DNA of 64,000 nt from an uncultured Smithella sp. (GTDB lineage: Bacteria; Desulfobacterota; Syntrophia; Syntrophales; Smithellaceae). Of the stretch, positions 44,310 to 54,578 are shown in pieces. The position numbers and the translations under genes were made by a program. The notes below the pieces were generated by a model. The model was not told where the DNA came from, did not search any database, and saw only the letters and a list, made by a program, of their open reading frames with translations. Each line of letters opens with the position of its first letter. Position 1 is the stretch's first letter. The stretch lies in assembly GCA_964608995.1 (NCBI GenBank), contig CAZSQS010000001.1:130659-194658 (forward strand), in the 5' to 3' direction.

Positions 44310-46031
44310 ATGATCCGAAATCGCGACCGCTTTTCAGCTCTTGGTCGGGTGGGCCTTTGCCTGCTGATCCTGCTTTGGGTCAGTTCGTGCGTCCGGCAGG
44401 AATACAGTTACACCTTGACGCTGGTTCATCTCAACGATACGCATTCGCATCTGGAAGCGCTGCCTGTGACCTTGACTGTGGACGGTGTTCGGACCACTGC
44501 GGTGGCAGGCGGTTTTCCCCGGTTGAAAACAGCGGTTGATGAGATGCGCGCGGTCAATCCCGGTATGCTCCTGTTGCACGGGGGGGATGCGGTGCAGGGG
44601 ACGCTTTACTTTACGCTCTTTAACGGAGAGGTGGAGTATGATTTTCTCAATTTGCTGGGGATTGATGCGATGACGTTCGGCAATCACGAATTTGACCGGG
44701 GCTGCACTCCGATCCCCGGCTGGATCGACCGTAGCGCCTTCCCCTGGATTTCCGCCAATATCGATTTTTCAGGCGAGCCTGACATTGCCGCGCGTGTGCG
44801 CCCCACCCTGATTAAGGACGTAGGCGGCGAGCGCGTGGCCGTCATCGGGCTGACCACCGAGACCACGCCCGAGATCACGCGGAATGTCGGACACGCCGTC
44901 TTCCTCGATGCCGTGGAAAGTACGAGGCGTCAGGTGAATTTACTGACCGCGCAGGGCATCAACAAGATTATTGTCCTGTCGCATCTCGGTTATGACCGGG
45001 ATCGGGATCTTGCCCGGAGCATTTCGGGTGTGGATATTGTCGTCGGTGGCCACAGCCACTCGCTTCTGGGACAGGAAGAAGGTCTTGCGCATATCGGCCT
45101 GGTTCCAGTCGGGGATTATCCCACGGCGCTGGTTGCGCCGGATGGCAAACGCGTGCTGGTGTTGCAGGCGTGGCGCTGGGGGCATGTTCTGGGCAGGATG
45201 CACGTGCGTTTCTCAAAAGACGGAGAGATTCTCGCCTATACCGCCCGCGCAACTGTTCCGGTGGGGGATGCGTTTGTCCAAAACGGCCAGCCTGTGGATC
45301 CGTCCAGCCCAGTCTATGCAAAGATTCTTGAGGCGCTGGCCGCAAGCGGCACGGCTAAAATATATGCCGAAGATCCGGCCGTGGTGGCGCGTCTGGCCCC
45401 CTATGCCGAAGCCGTCGAGCAGTTTCGGTCGGTCAAAGTGGCCACCGCCGTCAATCCGATTACGATCGGACTCAACAGCGGGCCCGGGCCGCTGGCCTGC
45501 GATTCGATGCTGGCTGCCTTTGCTCCTGCCCGTGCGGCGATTCTCAATTACGGCGGCGTCCGCCGCGATCTGACCCAGGGCGATATCACCGTGGGGGATG
45601 TGCTGGAGGTCATGCCGTTTGGCAATACGCTGGTGCTGGTGGATCTGACGGGCGCCGAGATCAAAGACGCACTGGAGGAGGACATTGACTATCTGCTTGC
45701 GCATTATCCGGGATATGATCCGCCGCTTGTGCCCTATGTCGGGGGGATGACGTTTTCCTTCCATCCGCAGGCCCAGGCCGGATCGAGGGTGTTGAACCTG
45801 AAAATCCGCGACGCCCAGGGCGACTATTGCCCGGCTGCCGACGCTGAGGTCTATAGTCTGGTGACCAACGCCTTTGTGGCAGGCGGCGGCGACGGGTTTG
45901 CCGCCATTAAAAATGCGACCGGCTTCCGCTCCGATACGGGGATGATTGACGGCGACGCCTTTCGGGAATACCTCAAGGCGCTAATCCATGTGGAAAATCC
46001 GACCGAGCAGCGGGTCGTCATTGTTCCGTAG
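44310..46031 (+). CDS. 5'-nucleotidase (UshA-like metallophosphatase + C-terminal domain), lipoprotein
   Basis: WVSSC lipobox; LVHLNDTHSHL, GGDAVQGT, FGNHEFD, VVGGHSH, NYGGVR, VMPFGN, NAFVAGGGDG. Confidence 0.93.
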   Translation: MIRNRDRFSALGRVGLCLLILLWVSSCVRQEYSYTLTLVHLNDTHSHLEALPVTLTVDGVRTTAVAGGFPRLKTAVDEMRAVNPGMLLLHGGDAVQGTLYFTLFNGEVEYDFLNLLGIDAMTFGNHEFDRGCTPIPGWIDRSAFPWISANIDFSGEPDIAARVRPTLIKDVGGERVAVIGLTTETTPEITRNVGHAVFLDAVESTRRQVNLLTAQGINKIIVLSHLGYDRDRDLARSISGVDIVVGGHSHSLLGQEEGLAHIGLVPVGDYPTALVAPDGKRVLVLQAWRWGHVLGRMHVRFSKDGEILAYTARATVPVGDAFVQNGQPVDPSSPVYAKILEALAASGTAKIYAEDPAVVARLAPYAEAVEQFRSVKVATAVNPITIGLNSGPGPLACDSMLAAFAPARAAILNYGGVRRDLTQGDITVGDVLEVMPFGNTLVLVDLTGAEIKDALEEDIDYLLAHYPGYDPPLVPYVGGMTFSFHPQAQAGSRVLNLKIRDAQGDYCPAADAEVYSLVTNAFVAGGGDGFAAIKNATGFRSDTGMIDGDAFREYLKALIHVENPTEQRVVIVP

Positions 46032-46039
46032 AGGGAGAG

Positions 46040-46387
46040 TTATTTCTTGATTTTAGCGATATAGTTTTCGCGTTTTTCAACCTCTTCGGCCTCGGTGGTG
46101 ATAAACTCAATCCCTGCCTCGAAGGATTCATCTCTGAAGAGGGATTTGATCCATTTGACCTGGCCGATGGCCGATATTTTCGCGTAGAGATCTTTGAGCG
46201 TGAAGTCGATCTGAATCAGGGAGTTTACCGGCACGAAATAATTCAGCTGTATTTTGGTTCCCAAAACGGAAATATCCTTGCTTTGAGAGCAGATGATTTT
46301 CTCCGGCGCCTGGGCGTCGCCCGGGACGGCAGTGATGGTCACTTCGCTTTCGTCTTTAAATCGTTTTGCCTTTCTTCTTTCCTGCAT
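46040..46387 (-). CDS. PilZ-domain protein
   Basis: MQERRKAKRF (RxxxR) and KDISVLG (D/NxSxxG); GGAGG-like RBS upstream. Confidence 0.8.
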   Translation of the reverse strand: MQERRKAKRFKDESEVTITAVPGDAQAPEKIICSQSKDISVLGTKIQLNYFVPVNSLIQIDFTLKDLYAKISAIGQVKWIKSLFRDESFEAGIEFITTEAEEVEKRENYIAKIKK

Positions 46388-47753
46388 ACGTCCGCCTTTC
46401 CTTATTTGCGATGTTCTTGCTAACGGGCTTCGCGAATAAATCATAGTGATCCGCACCTGTGATGACGCAGGGGAGAATGTCCCCGATTTTTCCCCGGCCG
46501 CTCTGGATGTACGTCACGCCGTCGATGTCCGGCGCCTGGCGGCGGCAGCGCCCGACAAAGGCGTAGCCTTCGCGATCGCTCTTTTCTTCGAGAATCACCT
46601 CCTGCACAGAGCCGATCAGCGTGGCGTTGATGGCGTGGGAGATGCCCGCCTGCTCGCTCATGATCGCTTCGCGTCGCCGTTCTTTTTCCTTTTCGGAAAT
46701 GTGTGAGCGCATCTGTGCGGCAGGCGTGTCCTCTTCGCGTGAATAGGTGAAAACGCCCAGATGGTCAAACCTGGCCTCCCGGACGAACTCCAGCAGCCGA
46801 TCAAAGCGCTTTGGCGTCTCGCCGGGAAATCCCGCGATGATGGAGGTTCGAATCGCGACATCGGGAATCATCTGCCGCGCTTCGGCAAGAATATCGGCAA
46901 TCCGCGCCGCGGTGACCTTGCGGCCCATCGCCTGAAGGATGGTATCGTCGATGTGCTGAATCGGCAGATCAAGATAGCGGCAAATTTTATTGTGTCGCGC
47001 CATGACCTCAAAGACGTCCGGGGTGATATGCGCCGGGTGCGTGTAAAGCAGGCGGATCCAGGAAAGCGGCTCGATGGCGGCGAGCCTTTCCATCAGATTC
47101 GCCAGCGTGGGCCTTTCCGGAAGATCGCGGCCGTACGCGGTGGTGTCCTGGGCGATTAAAATGATTTCTTTAACGCCTTGCGAGGCCAGACGGTGTGCTT
47201 CCTCGATGATGTCGTCGGGGAGGCGGCTGCGCGCCTTGCCGCGAATCGATGGAATGGCGCAATAGGCGCAGCGGTTGGAGCAGCCGTCGGCAATTTTCAA
47301 ATAGGCGGTAAAGGCGTTGCCGGATAAAATCCGCTCATGCCGGGCGGTCATTAAAAAATCCGGTTTTGTGATGACGGCCCGGCGCTTCGTTGCCGCGAGG
47401 TGCTCCACGATATTGCCCACTTCACCGGTGCCGATCCACAGATCGACTTCCGGAATGTCGTCAAGGAGCTTGCGGCCGTAGCGCTGGGCCAGGCAGCCCG
47501 CGACCATCAGGCGCAGAGGCGATGCGCCTTGCTTTTTCTTTTCGACCAGCGTCAGGATGACCTCAATCGCTTCTTCCTTGGCCGGGTTAATAAAGCCGCA
47601 GGTGTTGATGAGGACGGTATCGGCGGCTTCGACGGTATCGACGAGCTTCACGCCCGCAGCGGAAGCCAATCCGCCCATGACTTCCGAATCGACCAGGTTT
47701 TTGGAACAGCCCAGGGAGATGATGTGCAGTTTGCCGGTTGTTCTATTTTTCAT
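46356..47753 (-). CDS. rimO: Ribosomal protein S12 methylthiotransferase RimO
   Basis: SLGCSKNLVDSE, NTCGFINPAKEEAI, AGCLAQRY, KIADGCSNRCAYCAIP, QAPDIDG TRAM. Confidence 0.95.
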   Translation of the reverse strand: MKNRTTGKLHIISLGCSKNLVDSEVMGGLASAAGVKLVDTVEAADTVLINTCGFINPAKEEAIEVILTLVEKKKQGASPLRLMVAGCLAQRYGRKLLDDIPEVDLWIGTGEVGNIVEHLAATKRRAVITKPDFLMTARHERILSGNAFTAYLKIADGCSNRCAYCAIPSIRGKARSRLPDDIIEEAHRLASQGVKEIILIAQDTTAYGRDLPERPTLANLMERLAAIEPLSWIRLLYTHPAHITPDVFEVMARHNKICRYLDLPIQHIDDTILQAMGRKVTAARIADILAEARQMIPDVAIRTSIIAGFPGETPKRFDRLLEFVREARFDHLGVFTYSREEDTPAAQMRSHISEKEKERRREAIMSEQAGISHAINATLIGSVQEVILEEKSDREGYAFVGRCRRQAPDIDGVTYIQSGRGKIGDILPCVITGADHYDLFAKPVSKNIANKERRTYAGKKKGKTI

Positions 47754-49980
47754 GGGGGAGTTTCCGGATGAGAACTTTTCTGGGTTTTGCGCCATCGGAG
47801 GGGCCGACAATGCCTTCTCGCTCCATCTGCTCGATCATGCGCGCCGCGCGGTTATAGCCGATTTTCATATAGCGCTGCACCAGCGAGATGGATGCCTGAC
47901 CCAGTTCGCCCACCAGCGCCACGGCCTCGTCATATTTTGCATCAAGCCCGTCGTCTTCTGCCTGGGTCTGGGACGATTCGTATTCAAACCGCTCAATGGA
48001 GGTGTCATACGTCGGCTGAGCCTGGCGCTTGATGAATTCGACCACGCGGGAAATTTCCGGATCGGAGACATACGCGCCGTGAATGCGCACGAGCTTGGAG
48101 GTGCCCGGCGGGATGAAGAGCATGTCGCCTGAGCCCAGAAGCGCCTCCGCACCCGGCTGGTCGATAATCGTGCGCGAGTCGATTTTGGAGGACACCTTGA
48201 AGGAGATGCGCGTGGGAAAGTTGGCCTTGATCAATCCGGTGATGACATCCACCGAGGGGCGCTGCGTGGCGATGATCAAGTGAATGCCGGCCGCGCGCGC
48301 CATTTGCGCCAGACGGGTCAGCGAGTCTTCGACATCGCGTGAGGCGACCATCATGAGGTCGGCCAGCTCATCGATGATGACGATGATGTAGGGCAGCGCA
48401 ACATGCTCAAATGTCGCGGGGCGCTTCTGCGCCGGCTCGGCGGTGTTCTCATTGGTGGCGTCCGTCGATGGGCGGGCAGGTGCGGCTTTGCCTTTCGCGC
48501 CCGTCAGCAGGGCTTCATTGTAGGCGTCAATACTTTTGACGTTGAATTCGCTGATCACTCGATAGCGGCGCTCCATTTCCTCAACGGTCCAGCGCAGCAC
48601 CTGCGAGGCTTTTTTGGGATCGACCACAACCGGATGCATCAGATGCGGAATGCCTTCGTAGGAGGAAAGCTCCAGGCGCTTGGGATCGACCATCAGGAAC
48701 TTGACCTGGTCGGGCTGGGTCCGGAAAAGGAGGCTGCAAATCATGGCGTTGAGCGCCACGCTTTTGCCGGAACCGGTGGTGCCGGCAATGAGCAGGTGCG
48801 GCATTTTAGCCAGATCGGCGATGACCGGCGAGCCGATGAAATCCACGCCCAGCGCGATCGGCAGGCGGTGAGAGGATTTCAAAAAAGCATCGGCATTTAA
48901 AACGTCCTTGAGAAAAACGGAATCGCGCTTGAGATTGGGCAGCTCAATGCCGATGACGGATTTGCCGGGGATCGGCGCAATAATGCGGATGCTGGGCGCC
49001 ATGAGCGCCAGCGCCAGATCGTCAGAGAGGTTCGTAATGCGGTTGATTTTAACGCCCGCCGCCGGTTCCACTTCATACATGGTAATGACGGGTCCGGGCT
49101 GGACTTCCACCACGCGCGCCTCAACGCCAAAATCCGCAAGTTTCTTTTCGAGAATGCGCGAGTTGGCCAAAAGCAGATCCCGCTTGACGCGCGTGTCTTT
49201 TTGAGGCGCTTCTTCTAAAAGCGTGAAAGGCGGGAGCTCATACTGGCCGTCGGATTTCTTCCGGCCGAAGTCAAAATGCGTCTGTTCGACTTTCTTGGGC
49301 TTGAATTTTTTGGAGCGGGCATCGGTTTCCGGCATGACCGGATTTGCGTGTATCTCAACTTTCGGCCTCGATTTTAAACGCGCATAAAGGGTCTGGAAGC
49401 GATCCTTCAGATCGCCCGCGATTCCGCCCGTCCAGGCGGAGAGCCGGCCGGTGACGGAAACGAGTGAATAGTCGATAATGAAATACAGAGAAATCACAAG
49501 AATGGCGGTTAAAATGATGTAGGTTCCGGCGGCGTTGAAATAGGTCAGGAGCAACCCGGCAAATCCCCTGCCTATGAGACCTCCGGTTTTGAGCGGAACA
49601 CCCTGGACGGACACGCCCTGTTGAAACAGGTTGGCCAGGAGGCCGGACAGGGAGAGCGTAAAAAAAATGAAACCGAAAATCTGCGGGGGATTTAAAGAAA
49701 AAGACGGGCGCAAAAAGTAATGGAAGGCGCAGGCCAGAAGCGCAAGGGGGATCAGAAACGACGTCATGCCCAGGAGGCGAATGATGGAATCCGCCGTGTA
49801 GGCGCCAAACGTTCCCGTCAGGTTGTGCGTATCGGGCGCGTCAGCCACAAACCTGGTAAACGAGGGATCCTGCGGGGAGTAAGAAAAAAGGCACAACAAC
49901 AGAAAAACGGCCAGGGCCAGACAGATCACCCCTTGAATTTCACGGAATCGCTTTTTTTGATGAACGGGGGCTTCTTCCAT
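47743..49980 (-). CDS. ftsK: DNA translocase FtsK/SpoIIIE
   Basis: N-terminal 4TM, GPVITMYE, MPHLLIAGTTGSGKSV, IIDELADLMM, ATQRPSVDVITG, gamma domain QRYMKIGYNRAARMIE. Confidence 0.96.
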   Translation of the reverse strand: MEEAPVHQKKRFREIQGVICLALAVFLLLCLFSYSPQDPSFTRFVADAPDTHNLTGTFGAYTADSIIRLLGMTSFLIPLALLACAFHYFLRPSFSLNPPQIFGFIFFTLSLSGLLANLFQQGVSVQGVPLKTGGLIGRGFAGLLLTYFNAAGTYIILTAILVISLYFIIDYSLVSVTGRLSAWTGGIAGDLKDRFQTLYARLKSRPKVEIHANPVMPETDARSKKFKPKKVEQTHFDFGRKKSDGQYELPPFTLLEEAPQKDTRVKRDLLLANSRILEKKLADFGVEARVVEVQPGPVITMYEVEPAAGVKINRITNLSDDLALALMAPSIRIIAPIPGKSVIGIELPNLKRDSVFLKDVLNADAFLKSSHRLPIALGVDFIGSPVIADLAKMPHLLIAGTTGSGKSVALNAMICSLLFRTQPDQVKFLMVDPKRLELSSYEGIPHLMHPVVVDPKKASQVLRWTVEEMERRYRVISEFNVKSIDAYNEALLTGAKGKAAPARPSTDATNENTAEPAQKRPATFEHVALPYIIVIIDELADLMMVASRDVEDSLTRLAQMARAAGIHLIIATQRPSVDVITGLIKANFPTRISFKVSSKIDSRTIIDQPGAEALLGSGDMLFIPPGTSKLVRIHGAYVSDPEISRVVEFIKRQAQPTYDTSIERFEYESSQTQAEDDGLDAKYDEAVALVGELGQASISLVQRYMKIGYNRAARMIEQMEREGIVGPSDGAKPRKVLIRKLPHEK

Positions 49981-50741
49981 TATGGCGTCGCTTTGAACTC
50001 CGGCTGAATGTCTTTGATGCAGACCGTATCGGAATTACGATGCGCGTCGTAATTCCGGATGATGATACCTCGGACGGTATCGATGAGCGCCTGACGATTT
50101 TCGAGGGTATAACCTGTTGTGTCAATGGGCTTGTCGATCACCAGTTTGATTTTGCCCGGTCGGATCTGGAGAGAGCGTTTCGGCATGATTTCGCCGCTGC
50201 CGATGATGCTGATCGGGACAATCGGCGCGCCGGACTGAATGGCCAGATAAAACGTACCGGGCTTGAAAGGTTTGATTTCGCCGTTTCGGCTGCGCGTGCC
50301 TTCCGGAAAGGTCATTACGGATTTGCCCCGCCGGATATGCTGGGCGGCCACATCCAGGCTTTGCAGCGCCTTTTCATGATTTTGCCGGTCTATTTCGATA
50401 TATCCCGCGCTGCGCATCGCCTGTCCGAAAATCGGAATCGTGAATAATTCCTTTTTCGCGATCCAGCGAAACTGGCCGGGAACGTGCGCCAGCACAATGA
50501 GAATGTCAAAGTCGCTCTGATGATTGGCCATCAGCACCTGGGGCCGATGATGCAGAATGTTTTTGCCCCCGATGACCTCAACCTGGGTGGCGCAGATGAA
50601 CAGCAGAACCCGGCTCCAGATGTTGGCTACTTTGTGGATATTATTTTCGGCGTTGCGAAAAAAAGAAAAGACAACGGCCCAGAAGGAAAAAAATCCGGTG
50701 ATGGCTATGCCTAGTGCGACAAGGAGTCCCGAACGTATCAT
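49980..50741 (-). CDS. plsC: 1-acyl-sn-glycerol-3-phosphate acyltransferase
   Basis: ANHQSDFD, FIDR-like IEIDR, FPEGTRS. Confidence 0.92.
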   Translation of the reverse strand: MIRSGLLVALGIAITGFFSFWAVVFSFFRNAENNIHKVANIWSRVLLFICATQVEVIGGKNILHHRPQVLMANHQSDFDILIVLAHVPGQFRWIAKKELFTIPIFGQAMRSAGYIEIDRQNHEKALQSLDVAAQHIRRGKSVMTFPEGTRSRNGEIKPFKPGTFYLAIQSGAPIVPISIIGSGEIMPKRSLQIRPGKIKLVIDKPIDTTGYTLENRQALIDTVRGIIIRNYDAHRNSDTVCIKDIQPEFKATP

Positions 50742-51165
50742 GAATCATTTTTCCCAAATCAAGTCAGTTTGATGCTTTGTTTTCTACTTGATAAGCCCCC
50801 CGAAGTCAATAAAGAATAATGTGTGAAGCCCACGAAACCGCTGTCGTCTGTTCAATTTACCAACATCTCGCTCCAGCTACAAAGGCTGCGGTTTATGGCT
50901 CAACCCCGATGACTGTCAGTCACGTCAATGCCGCGCGGGGCTTGCGATTCAGGTGATTCGCGAACTTTGCTAAATTTGCTTTTTTTACCGTTTTTTTTCT
51001 TGACAAACCATTTTGGGTCAATTAAGAACGCACATTACGTCGGTGAACCTAAAACTTTGATGATAGACCGAAGCAAAAGCGCCGTCTAATCTCAAAATGA
51101 GGGATTATTTTAAAACAGGCAGCCCGGGCTGCGACGAAGCGCCCCTGAGGCGCGATGGAGTTTAA

Positions 51166-52035
51166 ATGGACCTTTTTCTACAGCAGATTTTTAATGGAAT
51201 AATGTTGGGCAGTACATATGCCATCGTCGCACTGGGGTTGACGCTGGTTTACGGTATTTTGCATGTGCCGAATTTCGCACACGGGCACATGTACATGCTG
51301 GGGGCATACGTCTGCTTCTTTTTAATCACGATTTTTGGTTTTGCCTACTGGCCCGCCGTGGCGATGGCGGCGATTCTTCTGGGGCTGGCCGGTGTCGTAC
51401 TCGAATTTCTGGTCTATAAACCCCTTCGTAACGTGGGGGGCATCACACCGTTTATCGCGGCGCTGGGCGCCCTGATTGTTCTGGAAAACGCAGTCATCGT
51501 TTTGTGTGGCCCCGAGGGGCACCGCATCCCCAATCCGTATCCCGGCAATATGGACGTATTCGGTATTACCATGTCCACGCAGCGCCTGCTCGTTATCGGG
51601 GTTGCGTTTCTCATGATCATTTTACTTCAGATCTTCATTAAAAAAACGACGCTGGGCAGCACGATCGAGGCGGTTGCCCAGAACAAGGAAGGCGCAACGC
51701 TGGTGGGCATCAATGTCAATTTCGTATCCGCCATGACCTTTGCCATTTCAACGGCCCTGGCTGCGATCGCTGCCTGCATGGTTGCACCCATCTTTATGAT
51801 TTCACCGAGCATGGGTTCCCTGGTCGGATTAAAATCTTTCGTTATTGTTATTCTCGGTGGATTGGGCAGCATTCCCGGAGCCATTGTCGGTGGCTTGATT
51901 CTGGGATTAATTGAAGCCATCGGGGGCGGCTACTTATCCGCTGCTTACAAGGATGTTTTTGGTTTCGGTGCGCTGGTGCTGATCCTGGCCATAAAGCCAA
52001 CCGGATTGTTCGGGAAGGAGATTAAGGGCAGATGA
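51166..52035 (+). CDS. livH: HAAT-family ABC permease (LivH-like)
   Basis: NGIMLGSTYAIVALGLTLVYG...NFAHG; VILGGLGSIPGA. Confidence 0.88.
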   Translation: MDLFLQQIFNGIMLGSTYAIVALGLTLVYGILHVPNFAHGHMYMLGAYVCFFLITIFGFAYWPAVAMAAILLGLAGVVLEFLVYKPLRNVGGITPFIAALGALIVLENAVIVLCGPEGHRIPNPYPGNMDVFGITMSTQRLLVIGVAFLMIILLQIFIKKTTLGSTIEAVAQNKEGATLVGINVNFVSAMTFAISTALAAIAACMVAPIFMISPSMGSLVGLKSFVIVILGGLGSIPGAIVGGLILGLIEAIGGGYLSAAYKDVFGFGALVLILAIKPTGLFGKEIKGR

Positions 52036-53012
52036 TGAAGTGGTTGAAGGAAAATTGGTTTTATCTGGTTGTTTTGGTTGTAGCCCTGGTCATACCGCTC
52101 GTGATCACCACGAATCGTTACTATTCGCAGGTCATTACCATGAGCCTGCTGTTTGCCATTGCCGCGCTCAGTCTGAACCTGATTCTGGGATACACGGGCC
52201 AGGCGACGCTGGCGCATGGCGGATTTTTCGCTCTGGGTGCTTACGGCGTTGCGATTATGACCTACACGTTGGGTTGGAATTTCTGGATTGCGCTCCCGCT
52301 GGCGGCGCTTTTTGCAGCGTCCGTCGGTTTGATTGTCGGCATACCGACTTTGCGAACAACGGGATCATACTTCGCCATTGCCACGCTGTGTCTGGGCGAG
52401 ATCATTTACCTGGTCGCCGGCAACTGGATCGAATTGACGGGTGGACATAATGGGATCGTTGGCGTTCCTCTGCCGAGTCCAATCACTATTCCCGGTGTCG
52501 GTTCTCTGACGTTTGAAAGTCCGATTCCACAATATTACCTGGTCTTATTCTTTTTGCTTTTAACGCTGTTTGTCATGTACCGCATTCGCGAGTCGCTTCG
52601 GGGCAGAACGTTCATGGCGGTGCTGACGAACCCTGATCTGGCGGAGGCGGTTGGCATCAACACCTTTCGCACGAAGCTGCTTTCTTTTATTGTAGCCAAT
52701 TTCTTCGCAGCGCTTGCTGGCGGTCTTTACGCGAGTCTGATCGGAAGTATTTCTCCGAGTGTAGCCAACATCGGTATGACGTTTAATTTCCTGATGTATG
52801 TGCTCTTGGGCGGTGTGGGCACGCTGGCCGGGCCGATCATCGGCGCTTTCGCGATTCCCATTCTGCTCGAATATCTGCAATTCATGCAGGATTATCAGAT
52901 GATTTTCTTCGGCGTTTTACTGATCGTGGTGATTATTTACTTCCCGTCAGGGTGCATGGGATTGTATGCAAAAGTGCGTGACAAGATTAAGAAAACGAAG
53001 GTGGGGGCGTAA
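52032..53012 (+). CDS. livM: HAAT-family ABC permease (LivM-like)
   Basis: LNLILGYTGQATLAHGGFF, YFAIATL, AEAVGIN, LLGGVGTLAGP. Confidence 0.88.
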   Translation: MMKWLKENWFYLVVLVVALVIPLVITTNRYYSQVITMSLLFAIAALSLNLILGYTGQATLAHGGFFALGAYGVAIMTYTLGWNFWIALPLAALFAASVGLIVGIPTLRTTGSYFAIATLCLGEIIYLVAGNWIELTGGHNGIVGVPLPSPITIPGVGSLTFESPIPQYYLVLFFLLLTLFVMYRIRESLRGRTFMAVLTNPDLAEAVGINTFRTKLLSFIVANFFAALAGGLYASLIGSISPSVANIGMTFNFLMYVLLGGVGTLAGPIIGAFAIPILLEYLQFMQDYQMIFFGVLLIVVIIYFPSGCMGLYAKVRDKIKKTKVGA

Positions 53013-53013
53013 C

Positions 53014-53778
53014 GTGCTGCTTAAAGGTGAAAATCTGGTCAAAAGTTTTGGCGGCACGATCGCTGTCAATGATGTGACCTTCGATGTCAATGAGGGAGAA
53101 ATTCTTTCCATTATCGGTCCGAATGGCGCTGGTAAATCCGTTTTGTTTAGTTTGATTAGCGGTGTGAACAAGCCAACGTCCGGAAGCGTAAAATTTATGG
53201 GGGAAGAAATCGGCAATTTGAGCGCAAACCAGGTTTCCCGAAAGGGGATTGCGCGCACCTTCCAGCTGACGGCTCTTTTTGATCGTCTGCCTGTGACGCT
53301 CAATTTGGCGCTGGGGTATTACAAATGCACTAAATCCGGTTTCTGGGGAGGGCTGTTTCATACCCCGCAGTGGAAACGCGATAAGGAGAAAGTGACTGAA
53401 AAAGTCATCGAAATGCTGGGATTTATCGGATTGGGCGATAAGGCATTCGATGTGGCTTCCACATTGTCGCAGGGCGAACAGCGATTGCTGTCCATCGGAA
53501 TTGCACTCATCAGTGAGCCGAAGCTCATTCTTTTTGACGAACCGACAGGCGGATTGATTCAGGAAGATACGGAGATGATTACGGAACTCATCAGGAAGAT
53601 CAACAAAAAAGGGATTACCGTTTGTCTGATCGAACATAAAATGCGGATGATCATGGATCTGGCCGACAGAATTGTTGTGTTAAACTATGGTAAGAAAATT
53701 GCTGAAGGGAAGCCGGCGGATGTTGCCGCGGATCCGCAAGTAATCGAAGCCTACTTAGGAAGAAAAAAGGATGCTTAA
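53014..53778 (+). CDS. livG: HAAT-family ABC ATPase (LivG-like)
   Basis: GPNGAGKS, GIARTFQ, LSQGEQR, LFDEPTGG, IEHKM, VIEAYLG; GTG start. Confidence 0.9.
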   Translation: MLLKGENLVKSFGGTIAVNDVTFDVNEGEILSIIGPNGAGKSVLFSLISGVNKPTSGSVKFMGEEIGNLSANQVSRKGIARTFQLTALFDRLPVTLNLALGYYKCTKSGFWGGLFHTPQWKRDKEKVTEKVIEMLGFIGLGDKAFDVASTLSQGEQRLLSIGIALISEPKLILFDEPTGGLIQEDTEMITELIRKINKKGITVCLIEHKMRMIMDLADRIVVLNYGKKIAEGKPADVAADPQVIEAYLGRKKDA

Positions 53779-54475
53779 ATTAACAAATGTAACCACGATG
53801 ATTGGCGAGCATCAGGTGATTCATGATGTTTCGTTGCATATTGCTCACGGAGACTTTGTCGCTCTTCTGGGTGGAAACGGCGCCGGAAAGACAACCTTGT
53901 TTAAAACCATTGTTGGCTTGCATAAACCGAAAAAGGGAACGATTGAATTCAAGGGAGAAGAAATCAGTCACATGCCAGCGCACAAAGTTGTTGGAAAAGG
54001 ACTGGCGCTTTGTCCCGAGGGAAGACAGTTGTTTCCTCAGCTTCCGGTGTATAAAAATCTGATGCTTGGCGCCTATCACCGAAGTGATAAAAAGGGTATT
54101 GAAGAGAGCCTGGAGCAGGTTTATACCCTTTTTCCGCGATTGAAGGAACGCTATAAGCAAGTGGCGGGAACCTTCAGCGGCGGTGAACAGCAGATGCTGG
54201 CGATCGGTCGGGCATTGATGTCTAAACCTGAAATGCTGCTGTTGGATGAGCCGTCGATGGGGCTTGCGCCACTGGTGGTTGAAGGGATTGCCGAAGCGGT
54301 GACCCATCTGAATAACTTGGGAATTACCGTGTTTCTCTCTGAGCAAAATGCGCAGATTGCACTGATGATCACCCGACATGGCTATGTTCTGGAAAACGGT
54401 CATCTGGTTCTGGAAGGTCCAAGCAAGGAACTGATCAGTAATGATAAGGTGAAAAAGGCGTATCTGGGAACATGA
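53771..54475 (+). CDS. livF: HAAT-family ABC ATPase (LivF-like)
   Basis: GGNGAGKTT, CPEGRQLFP, FSGGEQQMLAIGRALM, LLDEPSMGLAP. Confidence 0.92.
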   Translation: MLKLTNVTTMIGEHQVIHDVSLHIAHGDFVALLGGNGAGKTTLFKTIVGLHKPKKGTIEFKGEEISHMPAHKVVGKGLALCPEGRQLFPQLPVYKNLMLGAYHRSDKKGIEESLEQVYTLFPRLKERYKQVAGTFSGGEQQMLAIGRALMSKPEMLLLDEPSMGLAPLVVEGIAEAVTHLNNLGITVFLSEQNAQIALMITRHGYVLENGHLVLEGPSKELISNDKVKKAYLGT

Positions 54476-54512
54476 TGATCGGCGCAGCCTTTCATTAAAA
54501 CCATTTCACAAT

Positions 54513-54550
54513 AAAGAGCTCGGACCTTTAAGGGAAAGAGCTCTTTTTTT
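54513..54550. terminator. Hairpin between convergent livF and kinase genes
   Basis: AAAGAGCTC...GAGCTCTTTTTTT. Confidence 0.6.
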
Positions 54551-54578
54551 ATGTCTTTTTATGGATGAGTTTCTAGGG

